Assembly (NCBI GenBank): GCA_035063585.1
Contig: JAPSGB010000009.1
Location: 71,975 to 135,974, forward strand
Reading direction: 5' to 3'
DNA from: Polyangiaceae bacterium
GTDB lineage: Bacteria > Myxococcota_A > Polyangia > Polyangiales > Polyangiaceae
Length of the DNA: 64,000 nt
Below the pieces are notes generated by a model, which worked only from the letters and a program-made list of their open reading frames with translations, was not told where the DNA came from and did no database searches. Shown piece by piece: positions 1 to 8,983 of this stretch. Position 1 is the stretch's first letter; each line of letters opens with the position of its first letter. The position numbers and the translations under genes were made by a program.

Positions 1-2
1 AC

Positions 3-584
3 GTCGAACTCACCTATTTGCACCACCCGCACCTCGCGCTCGACCTTCGGCGCGCGACGGAGCGGGAGCGCCGCGAGCTCGCCGGGCTCGGGGAACCACG
101 CGCGCACCGGGACGGCGTCATCCACCACCGCGTTGGCGAGCGCCTCGGCGCGCGCGAGCTCGGCCTCGGGGAGCCGCGCCGCGTCCACGTCGATGGTGCA
201 GGTCGTCTCACCGAGTCGCGAGGACACCGTCTCGGCCCGGGCGATCTCGAAGAGCGCGCGCGAGAGGAGGTGCTGGCCAGTGTGGAGCGCCATGTGCACG
301 CGTCGGCGCTCGGCGTCGATCCGCGCTCGGACGCGTGCCCCGACCGCGGGGAGCTCGCCCTCGACGAGGTGATGCACCGCTCCGTCGCCGTCGAGCTGGA
401 CGTCGTACACTCTGCGTTCGGCAATTTCGCCCCGATCGGCCATTTGACCGCCGCTCTCCGGATAGAAAGCCGTCTCCTCGAGCAGGAGCGATGGCCGCCC
501 CGCATGCTCGCCGTGCGCGCACACCCGCGCATCGAAAGAGAGGAGGAGCGGATCGTCATACCAGAGCCGCGCGGCCAGCGTCAT
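3..584 (-). CDS. Alanyl-tRNA editing protein (AlaX-like), runs off left edge
   Basis: Not in the ORF track (no stop in window). Manual translation from ATG 584: MTLAARLWYDDPLL...LEETAFYPESGGQMADRG...RVHMALHTGQHLLSRAL; FYPxxGGQxxD and HxxxH zinc motifs of AlaRS editing domains. Confidence 0.85.
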   Translation of the reverse strand, partial: MTLAARLWYDDPLLLSFDARVCAHGEHAGRPSLLLEETAFYPESGGQMADRGEIAERRVYDVQLDGDGAVHHLVEGELPAVGARVRARIDAERRRVHMALHTGQHLLSRALFEIARAETVSSRLGETTCTIDVDAARLPEAELARAEALANAVVDDAVPVRAWFPEPGELAALPLRRAPKVEREVRVVQIGEFD

Positions 585-643
585 GCCGGCGTCCTAGCAC
601 GGCCCGAACCGGCCATGGTTCCGCGCCGGACCAACATCAATCT

Positions 644-1126
644 TCAATCGTAGCTGATGGCGAGGATCTCGACGTCGATCTCTCCCGCCGGTCGCCGCAC
701 GGTGACCACGTCGCCGACGCGGCGCTTCATCAGCGCCTGGCCGAGCGGCGAACGGAAGCTCAGCCGGCCCCGCGAAGGATCGGCCTCGTCTGGGCCGACC
801 ACCAGGTAGCGGCTGCGCTTACCGTCCTCGTCTGCGACCTCGACGGTGGCTCCGAAGTACACGACTCCCGGCGTCCGCGCCTCGGCCTCGACGATGACCG
901 CGCTGTCGAGCTTCCTGGTGATGAAGCGGATCCGGCGATCGAGCTCCCGGAGTCGCTTCTTGCCGTAGATGTACTCGGCGTTCTCCGAGCGGTCTCCTTG
1001 CGCGGCCGCGTCGGACACCTCCTGAACGACGCGCGGGCGCTCCACGCTCGCGAGCTCCCGGAGCTCGGCGGCGAGTCGCTCAGCCCCTTCTCGGGTGAGG
1101 TAGCTCGGGCTCCTGGGCTTGTCCAC
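644..1126 (-). CDS. greB: Transcription elongation factor GreB
   Basis: YLTREG...ERPRVVQEVSDAAAQGDRSENAEYIYGKKRLRELDRRIRF...SPLGQAL; GTG start at 1126 assumed. Confidence 0.93.
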   Translation of the reverse strand: MDKPRSPSYLTREGAERLAAELRELASVERPRVVQEVSDAAAQGDRSENAEYIYGKKRLRELDRRIRFITRKLDSAVIVEAEARTPGVVYFGATVEVADEDGKRSRYLVVGPDEADPSRGRLSFRSPLGQALMKRRVGDVVTVRRPAGEIDVEILAISYD

Positions 1127-1156
1127 GAGCCGCGAGCGTATCATCTTGAACCCGAC

Positions 1157-2482
1157 ATGGTCTCGCGTCAGAAGCGCCGCGCGCGGCTCCTGCTCGCAGG
1201 GCTCGCGGCGCTCGTAGCAGCCTCGGGCGTCGGGCTCCTGCTCGGCGCCGAGCCCCTGGCCCGAGCGCTCCTCGTGAAGGAGGCGCGCGCCCGCGGCGTC
1301 GTGCTCGAGCCGGGCGAGGTGAGCCTCGGCCTCGGCGCGGTCGAGCTCAGCGGAGCGCGCTTCACGCTCGACGGCGTGGGCGGGCTGAGCGGCGCGGTCG
1401 AGCGTCTTCGAGTCGAGCTCACCGGGCTGTCACCGTCCGAGCTGACGCTCGACGGCCTATCGCTCCGCGCCGAAGGGGCTCCCTCGGAGCTCATCGACGA
1501 GCTCTCGAAGTTCTCGGCGCGCTATCGGGGCACGGGTGAGCTACCGCTCACGGCGACGCGGCTCTCGGCGAGCTGGCGGCCGAGCGCGGAGGCCGCGCCG
1601 CTCATCGAGCTGGGCGGCGGCACCGCCTCGCATCGCTCGCGTCGCTGGGTGGTGGACGCCTCGACGCTCGCCGTCAAACGGCTCGAGGTCGGACCGCTCC
1701 ACGTCGAGGGCGGCGGCGACGGGGCCCGTCTCTCGGTTGGGCTCGGGCTCGGGCTGGCTGCCTCCGCTCCACCACCGCTCACCATGAGCGTGGCGCGCTC
1801 CTCGGGCGGAGTGACCGCCGATCTCACCCTCTCGCCGCTCGATCTCTCGAAGCTCGACGGCGCGCTCGGCGCGGCGATCTCCACGCGCGGCGTCCGAGCG
1901 AGCGGCACGCTCCACCTCGAGCGTGAAGCGCCAGGCACCACGACGGGGCGGCTCGCGCTCGAGCTCCGAGGCTTCGTGCCGCCGCACCCGCGCGAGCTCG
2001 ACGGGATCGTGTTCGGCGATCTCACCGAGCTCGAGGTGAGCTTCGCGGTCGACGAGGCGCGGCAGGCGGCGTCGCTCGACCCGGTCCGAGCCAAGGCTGG
2101 AGCGTTCAAGCTCAGTGGGAAGGGCGCGCTCTCGCACGACGCCTCCGACACACGCCTCGACCTCGCGCTTCGAGGCGACCTCCCATGCACCGACCTCGCG
2201 CGCTCCGCGGCCACCTCGGCGCTCGGCAGCGTGGTGGGCGCCTGGGTAGGCCACGCGGCGAAGCAGGCCGTCTCGGGCTCGGTCGGCATCACCTGGCTCA
2301 TCGCGGCGAAGGCGAGCGACCTCACCCACCCGGAGGTGCGGACGGCCGTCGGCGTGGGCTGCGGGCTAAAGCCCCTCGCGCTGCCGAAGCTCGATTTGCC
2401 GAAGCTCGATTTGCCGAAGCTCGAGGTGCCCGGGCTACCGAAGCTCCAGGTGCCCGGGCTACCGAGACCCGGGCCGCCCTGA
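1157..2482 (+). CDS. Hypothetical membrane-anchored beta-rich protein (possibly AsmA-like) with Pro/Leu/Lys repeat tail
   Basis: ATG 1157 (MVSRQKRRARLLLAG) followed by a hydrophobic helix; C-terminal LPKLD repeats. Upstream part of ORF 335..2482 is antisense to greB and not real. Confidence 0.6.
   Translation: MVSRQKRRARLLLAGLAALVAASGVGLLLGAEPLARALLVKEARARGVVLEPGEVSLGLGAVELSGARFTLDGVGGLSGAVERLRVELTGLSPSELTLDGLSLRAEGAPSELIDELSKFSARYRGTGELPLTATRLSASWRPSAEAAPLIELGGGTASHRSRRWVVDASTLAVKRLEVGPLHVEGGGDGARLSVGLGLGLAASAPPPLTMSVARSSGGVTADLTLSPLDLSKLDGALGAAISTRGVRASGTLHLEREAPGTTTGRLALELRGFVPPHPRELDGIVFGDLTELEVSFAVDEARQAASLDPVRAKAGAFKLSGKGALSHDASDTRLDLALRGDLPCTDLARSAATSALGSVVGAWVGHAAKQAVSGSVGITWLIAAKASDLTHPEVRTAVGVGCGLKPLALPKLDLPKLDLPKLEVPGLPKLQVPGLPRPGPP
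2381..2466 (+). repeat. Coding tandem repeats: 15-bp unit x3 (LPKLD/E) then 24-bp unit x~2
   Basis: (c/t)tgccgaagctcga(t/g) x3, then gtgcccgggctaccga twice. Confidence 0.85.
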
Positions 2483-2492
2483 GCCAGACCGG

Positions 2493-5400
2493 TCAGTTCG
2501 AGAAGGTCAGGGTGTACGGCAGGCAGCTGTTCGAGGCACCGGTCGCGATGACCTGCACGTACAAGGTCAGCGTCGAATTGAACGGCGCTTGGAGGAAGCC
2601 GGGCCGACTCGAGTCGGCTGGGCTGCCGAAGCCCCCGCACGTGTTCGCGTAGGTGAAGCCCCACTCGGTGATGTTCTTGGTCGAGGTGCCCGTCTCCCCA
2701 CCCACCGAGCAGGCCATACCCGCGCCGCCGCACGAGCCGAACACGTGCATGGTGAGCGGCGCGCCGCCGTTGGTGAGCTTGATGGTCGGGCCGTAGCCGC
2801 AGACGGGGATCGACGAGAACCTCACCACGTACCAATCCTGATCTCCGGTCGGCACCAGGTTTCCGTTCACTTGCACCGGGGTCACGTCGACCCCGACGGT
2901 CCCCGCGTCCGCGGCGCTCGCGCAGGTGTTGGCGACGCTGTCCGCAGCGCACTCGCAGCCGTCCGCATAGGTGCCGTTCGTGTCGTAGGTGCCGGGCGCG
3001 CACTGGTTGATGGCGCAGTCTGCCGCGGAGCACTGATACGTCGTGACGTTCGGGCGGCCGTCCGCGCGGCAGTCACGGACGCAGCTTCCGCAGTGCGCGA
3101 CGTCGTTCGAGATGTTCGTCTCGCAGCCGTTCTGCGGGTCGCCGTCGCAGCTGAGGTGCGACGAGTCACACTGCGGCTTACACTGGCTCCCGGTGCAGCT
3201 CGTGCTGGTCGCGCCGGCCGTGCTGCAGGTCGCCCCGCACGCGCCGCAGTTATTCACGTTGTTCGTGAGGTTGGTCTCGCAGCCATTGTTGCGGCTGGGG
3301 TCGCAATCGCCGTAACCCGCGGTACATACGGGAGCGCACTGCCCGCTGCCGTTGCAGGGGTTGGTCCCGTGATTTGCCACGCAGACCGCCCCGCAGCCGC
3401 CGCAGTTGTTGGGGTCGGTGTTCTTGTTGATCTCGCAGCCGTTGAGCCCAATTCCATCGCAGTCGAGGTGGCTCCCATCACACACCGGCACGCACGCGCC
3501 GTTGACGCAGCTCGTGCCGGAGGCGCCCGCCGCGCTGCACACGACGCCGCAGCCGCCGCAGTTGAGCGGATCGCTGAGCAGGTTCGTCTCGCAGCCGTCC
3601 GCCGGGTTGGTCTTCGAGCAGTCCGCGAACCCGGCGGCGCAGGTGGGCGCGCAGAGTCCGCTCGCGCAGGTCCGGGTCGTCACGTTGGCGGTGCCGCAGA
3701 CGATCCCGCAGTCGCCGCAGTTGTTGACGTTGTTGGTGATTTGCGTCTCGCAGCCGTCCCCGGAGTTGCCGTTGCAGTCCAGGTAGCCCGCCGCGCAATT
3801 GGTCTGGCACACGCCGTTCGAGCACTGTGGCGTGCCGCCCGCGCTCGAGCACTTGTGCCCGCAGGAGCCGCAGTTGTTGGGGTCGTTCGAGGTCCGGATC
3901 TCGCAGCCGTCGGCGGGATCGGCGGTCGAGCAGTCGCTGTAGCCGGCCGCGCAGGTCGGCTTGCACTGCCCGGCTTGACAGCTCCGCGTCTGCACGTTCG
4001 CGGTCCCGCACGCCGTCCCGCAGCCGCCGCAGTTGTTGACGTCGGCCGTCGTGTCGACGAGGCAACCCGCCTTCGGATCTCCGCTACATACCGCGAACCC
4101 GGAGTTGCAGGTCGGGGCGCAACTCCCGTTCGTGCAGACCACCCCACCATGCGGGTTCTGGCAGGTCGTCGCGCAGTTGCCGCAGTGCTGCGGGTCGGTC
4201 TTGATGTTGGACTCGCAACCGTTGTTCGGCTGTCCGTCGCAGCTCTGGTGCGAGGCGTCGCAAATCGGCGAGCAGGTGCTCGCGACGCAGCTCGTGCTCC
4301 CGTAGGCGTTCGTACACTTGGTGCCGCACGCCCCGCAGTTGTTGGCGTCGCCGGTCGTCGTCGTCTCGCAGCCGTTGACGAGGTTACCGTCGCAGTCAGC
4401 GGCTCCGTTGACGCAGACCGGCGCGCACTTTCCGGCGCCGCAGCTCGTGGTGCCGTTCAAGTTGGTGCACTTGGTGCCGCACGCGCCGCAATTGTTGGCG
4501 TCGTTCTGCGTGTTCACCTCGCAGCCGTTGACCAGGTTCCCGTCGCAGTTCGCCCCGCCGGCGCACACCGGGACGCAGGCCCCATTGCTGCAACTCGTGC
4601 TGCCGTTCGGGTTGCTGCACGCGACGCCGCAGGCGCCGCAGCTACCGACCGTGGTCTTCAGGTTCGTCTCGCACCCGTTGGTGGGATCGCCGTCGCAGTC
4701 GCCCCACCCGGCGCTGCAGACCGGCCGGCAGAGCCCCGCGCTGCACGACGTGCTCCCATGGGAGTTCCCGCAGGAGATGCCGCAGGCGCCGCAGTTGTCC
4801 GGATCGGTGGAGATCGGATCTTCACACCCGTTGTTGGCGTTGTCGTCGCAGTTCCCCCAGCCGCTGCTGCAGACGATCTTGCACTTGCTCGCCTGGCAAT
4901 AGGCGGCTCCGTTGGTCTTGTCGCACGCGTTGCCGCAAGCGCCGCAGTTGGCGACATCCTGCCCGAGGTCCGACTCGCAGCCCGTCCCGGGGGAATTGTC
5001 GCAGTCCCCATAGCCCGTGACGCACTGGAGGATGGAGCAGTAACCGACCGTGCAGCCCCAGTTATAGACCTTGGTGGCGGCGGGGTTCTTGGTGGCGCAC
5101 TCGGCGGCGATGTTCAGCACGTTGTCGGTCGTGCCGTCGCAGTCGTCATCCTTGCCGTTACAGGTCTCCGCCGAGGCCTTGGTGACGACCACGCAAGACG
5201 CCTTCCCGCCGGTGCACTGCGTGGTGCCGTCCTGGCACACCCCGAGCTGGCCGGTGTCGCAGTAGAACCCGTTCAGGCCGTTGTCGAGCTGCCCGTCGCA
5301 GTCGTTGTCCTTGCCGTCGCAGACCTCGGTGGACGGGAACACGGTCTGCGTGCACTCCGACTGGCCGTTACAGGTGGTCTGTCCGGTGAGGCACGGCCCC

Positions 5401-6227
5401 AGGAGTCCGGGCGGGCTGGTCACCGTGCACGCCGCGCCTGCGCCCGCAAACCCGTCGTCGACCGTGCCGTTGCAGTCGTCATCGAGCCCGTTGCAGACCT
5501 CGGTCGAGGACTGAACGTTCTGGCGGCACTCGAGGTTGCCGCTCGCGCACTGGGTCGTGCCGAACGCGCAGACACCTTGCTTTCCCGTCTGGCACTGCTG
5601 GCCAGACTCAGGGTTGTTCTCGTCGACCGATCCGTTGCAGTTGTCGTCGATGCCGTTGCAGAGCTCGGTCGTCGGTTGGTTCACCGAGACGCAGACGAGC
5701 ATCCCATTGGTGCAGTCGAGCGTCCCCTCGGCGCACGCGCCCTTCTTCCCTTGCACGGTGCACGCGCCGCCGCCGCCCGGGTTGCCCTCATCGATGATCC
5801 CGTTGCAGTTGTCGTCGAGCCCATTGCAGACTTCCGGGATCTCGGCGCATGGCGTGGCGTCCGCGCCGTCGCTCGCGCCGTCGTCCGGCGCGTCCGAGGG
5901 CGCGTCCGTGCTGGCATCGAGCCCGGCCGCGCCGCCGAATCCCGCCAAGCCCGCTGTCCCCGCGGCTCCGCTCGCGCCGCTCACGCCGCCCGCACCGCCG
6001 GTGCCGCCCGCTCCGCCGGTGCCGCCCGTCCCTCCGGCTCCGCTCGAGCCTCCGCCCGTCCCTCCGGCGTCGAGGCCCGCGTCCGCGGCCGCCGCGCCGC
6101 CGCTCCCGTCGTCGGAAGCCTCACCACCGGACGCGCAGCCCGTCGCGCTGGTCGCGCCAGCGACCAGCCAGACCACGGCAGCGCCACAGACGATCCGCGA
6201 GAGCCTTCGAAGAGCGTTCTGCATCAC
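2493..6227 (-). CDS. Large Cys-rich repeat surface lipoprotein (CNGxDDxCxG and DxxNCGxCG repeats)
   Basis: Signal peptide ending ATGC, Gly-rich linker, ~5 E(V/L/T)C(N/D)GxD(D/N)xCxG repeats, then many GCE...DxxNCGxCG repeats; C-terminal DQDWY beta-domain. Confidence 0.85.
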   Translation of the reverse strand: MMQNALRRLSRIVCGAAVVWLVAGATSATGCASGGEASDDGSGGAAAADAGLDAGGTGGGSSGAGGTGGTGGAGGTGGAGGVSGASGAAGTAGLAGFGGAAGLDASTDAPSDAPDDGASDGADATPCAEIPEVCNGLDDNCNGIIDEGNPGGGGACTVQGKKGACAEGTLDCTNGMLVCVSVNQPTTELCNGIDDNCNGSVDENNPESGQQCQTGKQGVCAFGTTQCASGNLECRQNVQSSTEVCNGLDDDCNGTVDDGFAGAGAACTVTSPPGLLGPCLTGQTTCNGQSECTQTVFPSTEVCDGKDNDCDGQLDNGLNGFYCDTGQLGVCQDGTTQCTGGKASCVVVTKASAETCNGKDDDCDGTTDNVLNIAAECATKNPAATKVYNWGCTVGYCSILQCVTGYGDCDNSPGTGCESDLGQDVANCGACGNACDKTNGAAYCQASKCKIVCSSGWGNCDDNANNGCEDPISTDPDNCGACGISCGNSHGSTSCSAGLCRPVCSAGWGDCDGDPTNGCETNLKTTVGSCGACGVACSNPNGSTSCSNGACVPVCAGGANCDGNLVNGCEVNTQNDANNCGACGTKCTNLNGTTSCGAGKCAPVCVNGAADCDGNLVNGCETTTTGDANNCGACGTKCTNAYGSTSCVASTCSPICDASHQSCDGQPNNGCESNIKTDPQHCGNCATTCQNPHGGVVCTNGSCAPTCNSGFAVCSGDPKAGCLVDTTADVNNCGGCGTACGTANVQTRSCQAGQCKPTCAAGYSDCSTADPADGCEIRTSNDPNNCGSCGHKCSSAGGTPQCSNGVCQTNCAAGYLDCNGNSGDGCETQITNNVNNCGDCGIVCGTANVTTRTCASGLCAPTCAAGFADCSKTNPADGCETNLLSDPLNCGGCGVVCSAAGASGTSCVNGACVPVCDGSHLDCDGIGLNGCEINKNTDPNNCGGCGAVCVANHGTNPCNGSGQCAPVCTAGYGDCDPSRNNGCETNLTNNVNNCGACGATCSTAGATSTSCTGSQCKPQCDSSHLSCDGDPQNGCETNISNDVAHCGSCVRDCRADGRPNVTTYQCSAADCAINQCAPGTYDTNGTYADGCECAADSVANTCASAADAGTVGVDVTPVQVNGNLVPTGDQDWYVVRFSSIPVCGYGPTIKLTNGGAPLTMHVFGSCGGAGMACSVGGETGTSTKNITEWGFTYANTCGGFGSPADSSRPGFLQAPFNSTLTLYVQVIATGASNSCLPYTLTFSN

Positions 6228-6419
6228 GAGCTCGCAAGGTGAAGAGATCGATCAACGCAGAGAAGAGCGCGCCCTGCGAGTTCGAGCATCTCACGCGCTC
6301 GTCTTCGCCGTCAACGAGCGCCGGGCCTGCCCCATCGCCGCCGACGCCCGGCGACGACGTAGGTGGCGCACCGCCTTTGTCGGTTGTCGCCGCGCGGACT
6401 TCCCGCCAGCATGCGCGCC

Positions 6420-7454
6420 ATGGCAGTCGTCACGATTCTCGGCGCGGGGATGATGGGCAGCGCGCTCGCGCTGCCGCTCGTCGACCACGGACACGAGGTG
6501 CGCTTGGTCGGCACCCATCTCGACGCGGACATCGTCGAGAACCTCCAGTTACGTCACTTTCACCCCGCCCTGAAGCTCGAGCTCCCGCGAGAACTTCGCG
6601 TCTTTCCCGTCTCCGAGCTCGGGCGGGCGCTGGAGGGCGCGGAGCTCATCGGCGTCGGCGTGAGCTCGCCTGGCGTCCGCTGGGCGGCAGAGCAGCTCCG
6701 TCCGTACCGACTCGCCGGCCGAGACCTCGTGATGATCACGAAGGGGCTCGACTGGGATGGCGAGACGCTCCGCGCCCTGCCGGACGTGCTCGCCGACGGG
6801 CTCGGCGGAGGGATCGCGCCGGTCGCGGTCGCGGGACCGTGCATCGCCGGCGAGCTCGCGAGGCGGGTCGAGACCTGCGTGGTGCTCACCGGGCGCGACC
6901 CGGACGCCCTCGCGCGGGTCGCCGCGCGGCTGCGCGCGCCCTATTACCACCCCTTCACGAGCCCTGACCTGCTCGGCGTCGAGGTGTGCGCGGCGCTGAA
7001 GAACGCCTACGCGATGGGCATCGCCTTCGCGCAAGGGCTGCACGAGCGCGGCGGCGGCGCGCCCGGCAGCGTGGCCATGCACAACAGCGAGTCCGCCGTG
7101 TTCGCTCAGGCGGTCGTGGAGATGCAGCGCGTGATCGGCGCCCTCGACGGCGATCCGGCGAGCGCGGTCGGGCTGGCGGGCGTCGGCGATCTCGACGTCA
7201 CCTGCAATGGCGGCCGAACTGGGCGCTTCGGGCGCCTCCTCGGCCTCGGACTCGGGCGCGACGCCGCCATCGAGCGGATGGACGGCGCGACGCTCGAGTG
7301 CCTCGACATCCTGCGGGTGATGCGCGCAGCAGCGCCGTCGCTCGCCGCGCGCGGCGCCGGCGCGCTCCCGCTGCTCGCGCACCTGGCCGAGGTCGCCCTC
7401 GACGACGCGCCGGTCGAGCTGCCCTTCGCGCGCTTCTTCGGAGCGCTCGGGTGA
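6420..7454 (+). CDS. NAD(P)H-dependent glycerol-3-phosphate dehydrogenase family protein
   Basis: GAGMMG Rossmann motif, TKG, GPCIAGE, ALKNAYA, GVGDLDVTC..GR motifs of the GpsA family. Confidence 0.85.
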   Translation: MAVVTILGAGMMGSALALPLVDHGHEVRLVGTHLDADIVENLQLRHFHPALKLELPRELRVFPVSELGRALEGAELIGVGVSSPGVRWAAEQLRPYRLAGRDLVMITKGLDWDGETLRALPDVLADGLGGGIAPVAVAGPCIAGELARRVETCVVLTGRDPDALARVAARLRAPYYHPFTSPDLLGVEVCAALKNAYAMGIAFAQGLHERGGGAPGSVAMHNSESAVFAQAVVEMQRVIGALDGDPASAVGLAGVGDLDVTCNGGRTGRFGRLLGLGLGRDAAIERMDGATLECLDILRVMRAAAPSLAARGAGALPLLAHLAEVALDDAPVELPFARFFGALG

Positions 7455-8983
7455 CGGCGCCGCTCGTCATCGCCATCGACGCGAGCACCACCGCGTGCAA
7501 AGCCCTCGTCTTCGGGGCCGATGGTCGGCTCGTCGCGGAAGCTCGCGCGCCGATCACGCTCGCCAACCCAGAGCCCGACGGCTGGGAGCAAGACGCGGAA
7601 GAGTGGTGGGACGCGACCGAGCGCGCGCTCGCCGGCGCGGTGCGTGCGCTCGACGAGCCGGGCGCGGTGCGTGCCGTCGCGCTCACCCACCAGCGCGAGA
7701 CGTTCGTGCTCACTGACCGGAGCTCGACCCCGCTCCGGCCGGCGCTCACGTGGATGGACGCACGCTGCCGACGCGAGGTGGAAGCGGCCGTCGCCGCGCT
7801 CGGGGCCGAACGGCTGCACGAGGTGACCGGCAAGCCGCCCTGCACCACCCCATCACTTTACAAATTGATTTACCTATTGAAGCGCGAGCCCGCGCTCCGC
7901 GCGGCGCGCCCGATGATGGCGGACGTGCACGCCTTCCTCGTGCGGCGACTGACGGGCCGCTGGGCGACCTCGCTCGCGTCGGCCGATCCGCTCGGCCTCG
8001 TCGACCTCCGCGCGCGCGACTGGTCGGACGAGCTGCTCGCGCTCGCCGGGCTCGACCGCGACCAGCTCCCCGCGCTGGTCGAGCCGGGCGAGCAGCTGGG
8101 TGCGCTCGCCCGCGAGCTCGCCGAGCGGCTCGGCTTGCCCGCGGGCGTCCCGGTGATCGCCGGCGCGGGCGATGGTCAGGCGGCCGGGCTCGGCGCGGGG
8201 CTCGCAGGCCCCGAGCGCGCGTACCTGAACCTCGGCACCGCGATCGTGAGCGGTGTCTGCTCGCGCGAGTACCTGTTGAGTCGCGCCTTCCGCACCATGA
8301 TGGGCGCCGAGCCCGGCACCTATTTCCTGGAGTCCGATCTGCGAGGCGGCACCTTCACGCTCGACTGGCTCGCCAAGGGGTGGCTCGGCCGAGGCCGCGC
8401 CGCGCTCGACGAGCTCGAGCGCGAGGCGAGCTCGCTTCCACCAGGAAGCGATGGGCTCGTGCTCTTGCCGTACTGGAACGGCGTGATGGATCCGTACTGG
8501 AACGACGACGCGACCGGGGTCACGCTCGGGTGGCACGGCGCGCATCGTCCGGCGCACCTCTACCGCGCGATCCTCGAGGGGATCGCCTTCGAGGCGCGCC
8601 TGCACCTCGAGTCGCTCGAGCGAACGACCCGCCACCACGTCGCCGAGCTCATCGTCATGGGCGGCGGCTCACGGAGCGAGCTCTGGTGCCAGGTGCTCGC
8701 GGACGTCACCGGCCGCAGGGTGACGCGCGCCGGGAGCGCGGAGGCGACCGCGCTCGGGGCCGCCATCCTCGCCGCCGTGGGCAGCGGCGTCCACCCCGAG
8801 CTTGCCGCCGCGACGCGCGCCATGACGAGTCTCGGCGCGCGCTTCGCTCCGGGCGACCACCAGCCGCTCTACGACGTCTATTATCGCGACGTCTACGCCG
8901 GGCTCTACGAATCGCTCGCCGCTCGCCTCGACGCGCTCGCTGCGCTCCGGCGGCGCGCCAACGCGGCCCATTCGGCCGGTTAG
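7451..8983 (+). CDS. FGGY-family carbohydrate kinase (xylulokinase-like)
   Basis: GTG overlapping the upstream stop; IDASTTACK, WEQD, QRET, WMDAR, GAGDGQ, GGGSRS, EATALGAA. Confidence 0.9.
   Translation: MTAPLVIAIDASTTACKALVFGADGRLVAEARAPITLANPEPDGWEQDAEEWWDATERALAGAVRALDEPGAVRAVALTHQRETFVLTDRSSTPLRPALTWMDARCRREVEAAVAALGAERLHEVTGKPPCTTPSLYKLIYLLKREPALRAARPMMADVHAFLVRRLTGRWATSLASADPLGLVDLRARDWSDELLALAGLDRDQLPALVEPGEQLGALARELAERLGLPAGVPVIAGAGDGQAAGLGAGLAGPERAYLNLGTAIVSGVCSREYLLSRAFRTMMGAEPGTYFLESDLRGGTFTLDWLAKGWLGRGRAALDELEREASSLPPGSDGLVLLPYWNGVMDPYWNDDATGVTLGWHGAHRPAHLYRAILEGIAFEARLHLESLERTTRHHVAELIVMGGGSRSELWCQVLADVTGRRVTRAGSAEATALGAAILAAVGSGVHPELAAATRAMTSLGARFAPGDHQPLYDVYYRDVYAGLYESLAARLDALAALRRRANAAHSAG

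Noticed and set aside
14..653. Listed ORFs at the window start, or a frameshift in the AlaX-like gene
   Set aside because: Manual translation gives one continuous minus-strand frame from 584; the listed ORFs are other frames.
2493..6227. Periodic repeats as a CRISPR or cassette array
   Set aside because: Repeats are in-frame, degenerate at third codon positions and encode Cys motifs. No cas genes or repeat-spacer array seen anywhere in the window.
2589..6242. 1217-aa plus-strand ORF and many other long shadow ORFs
   Set aside because: Antisense or alternate-frame ORFs typical of very high GC DNA; Arg/Ala/Val-rich with no motifs.
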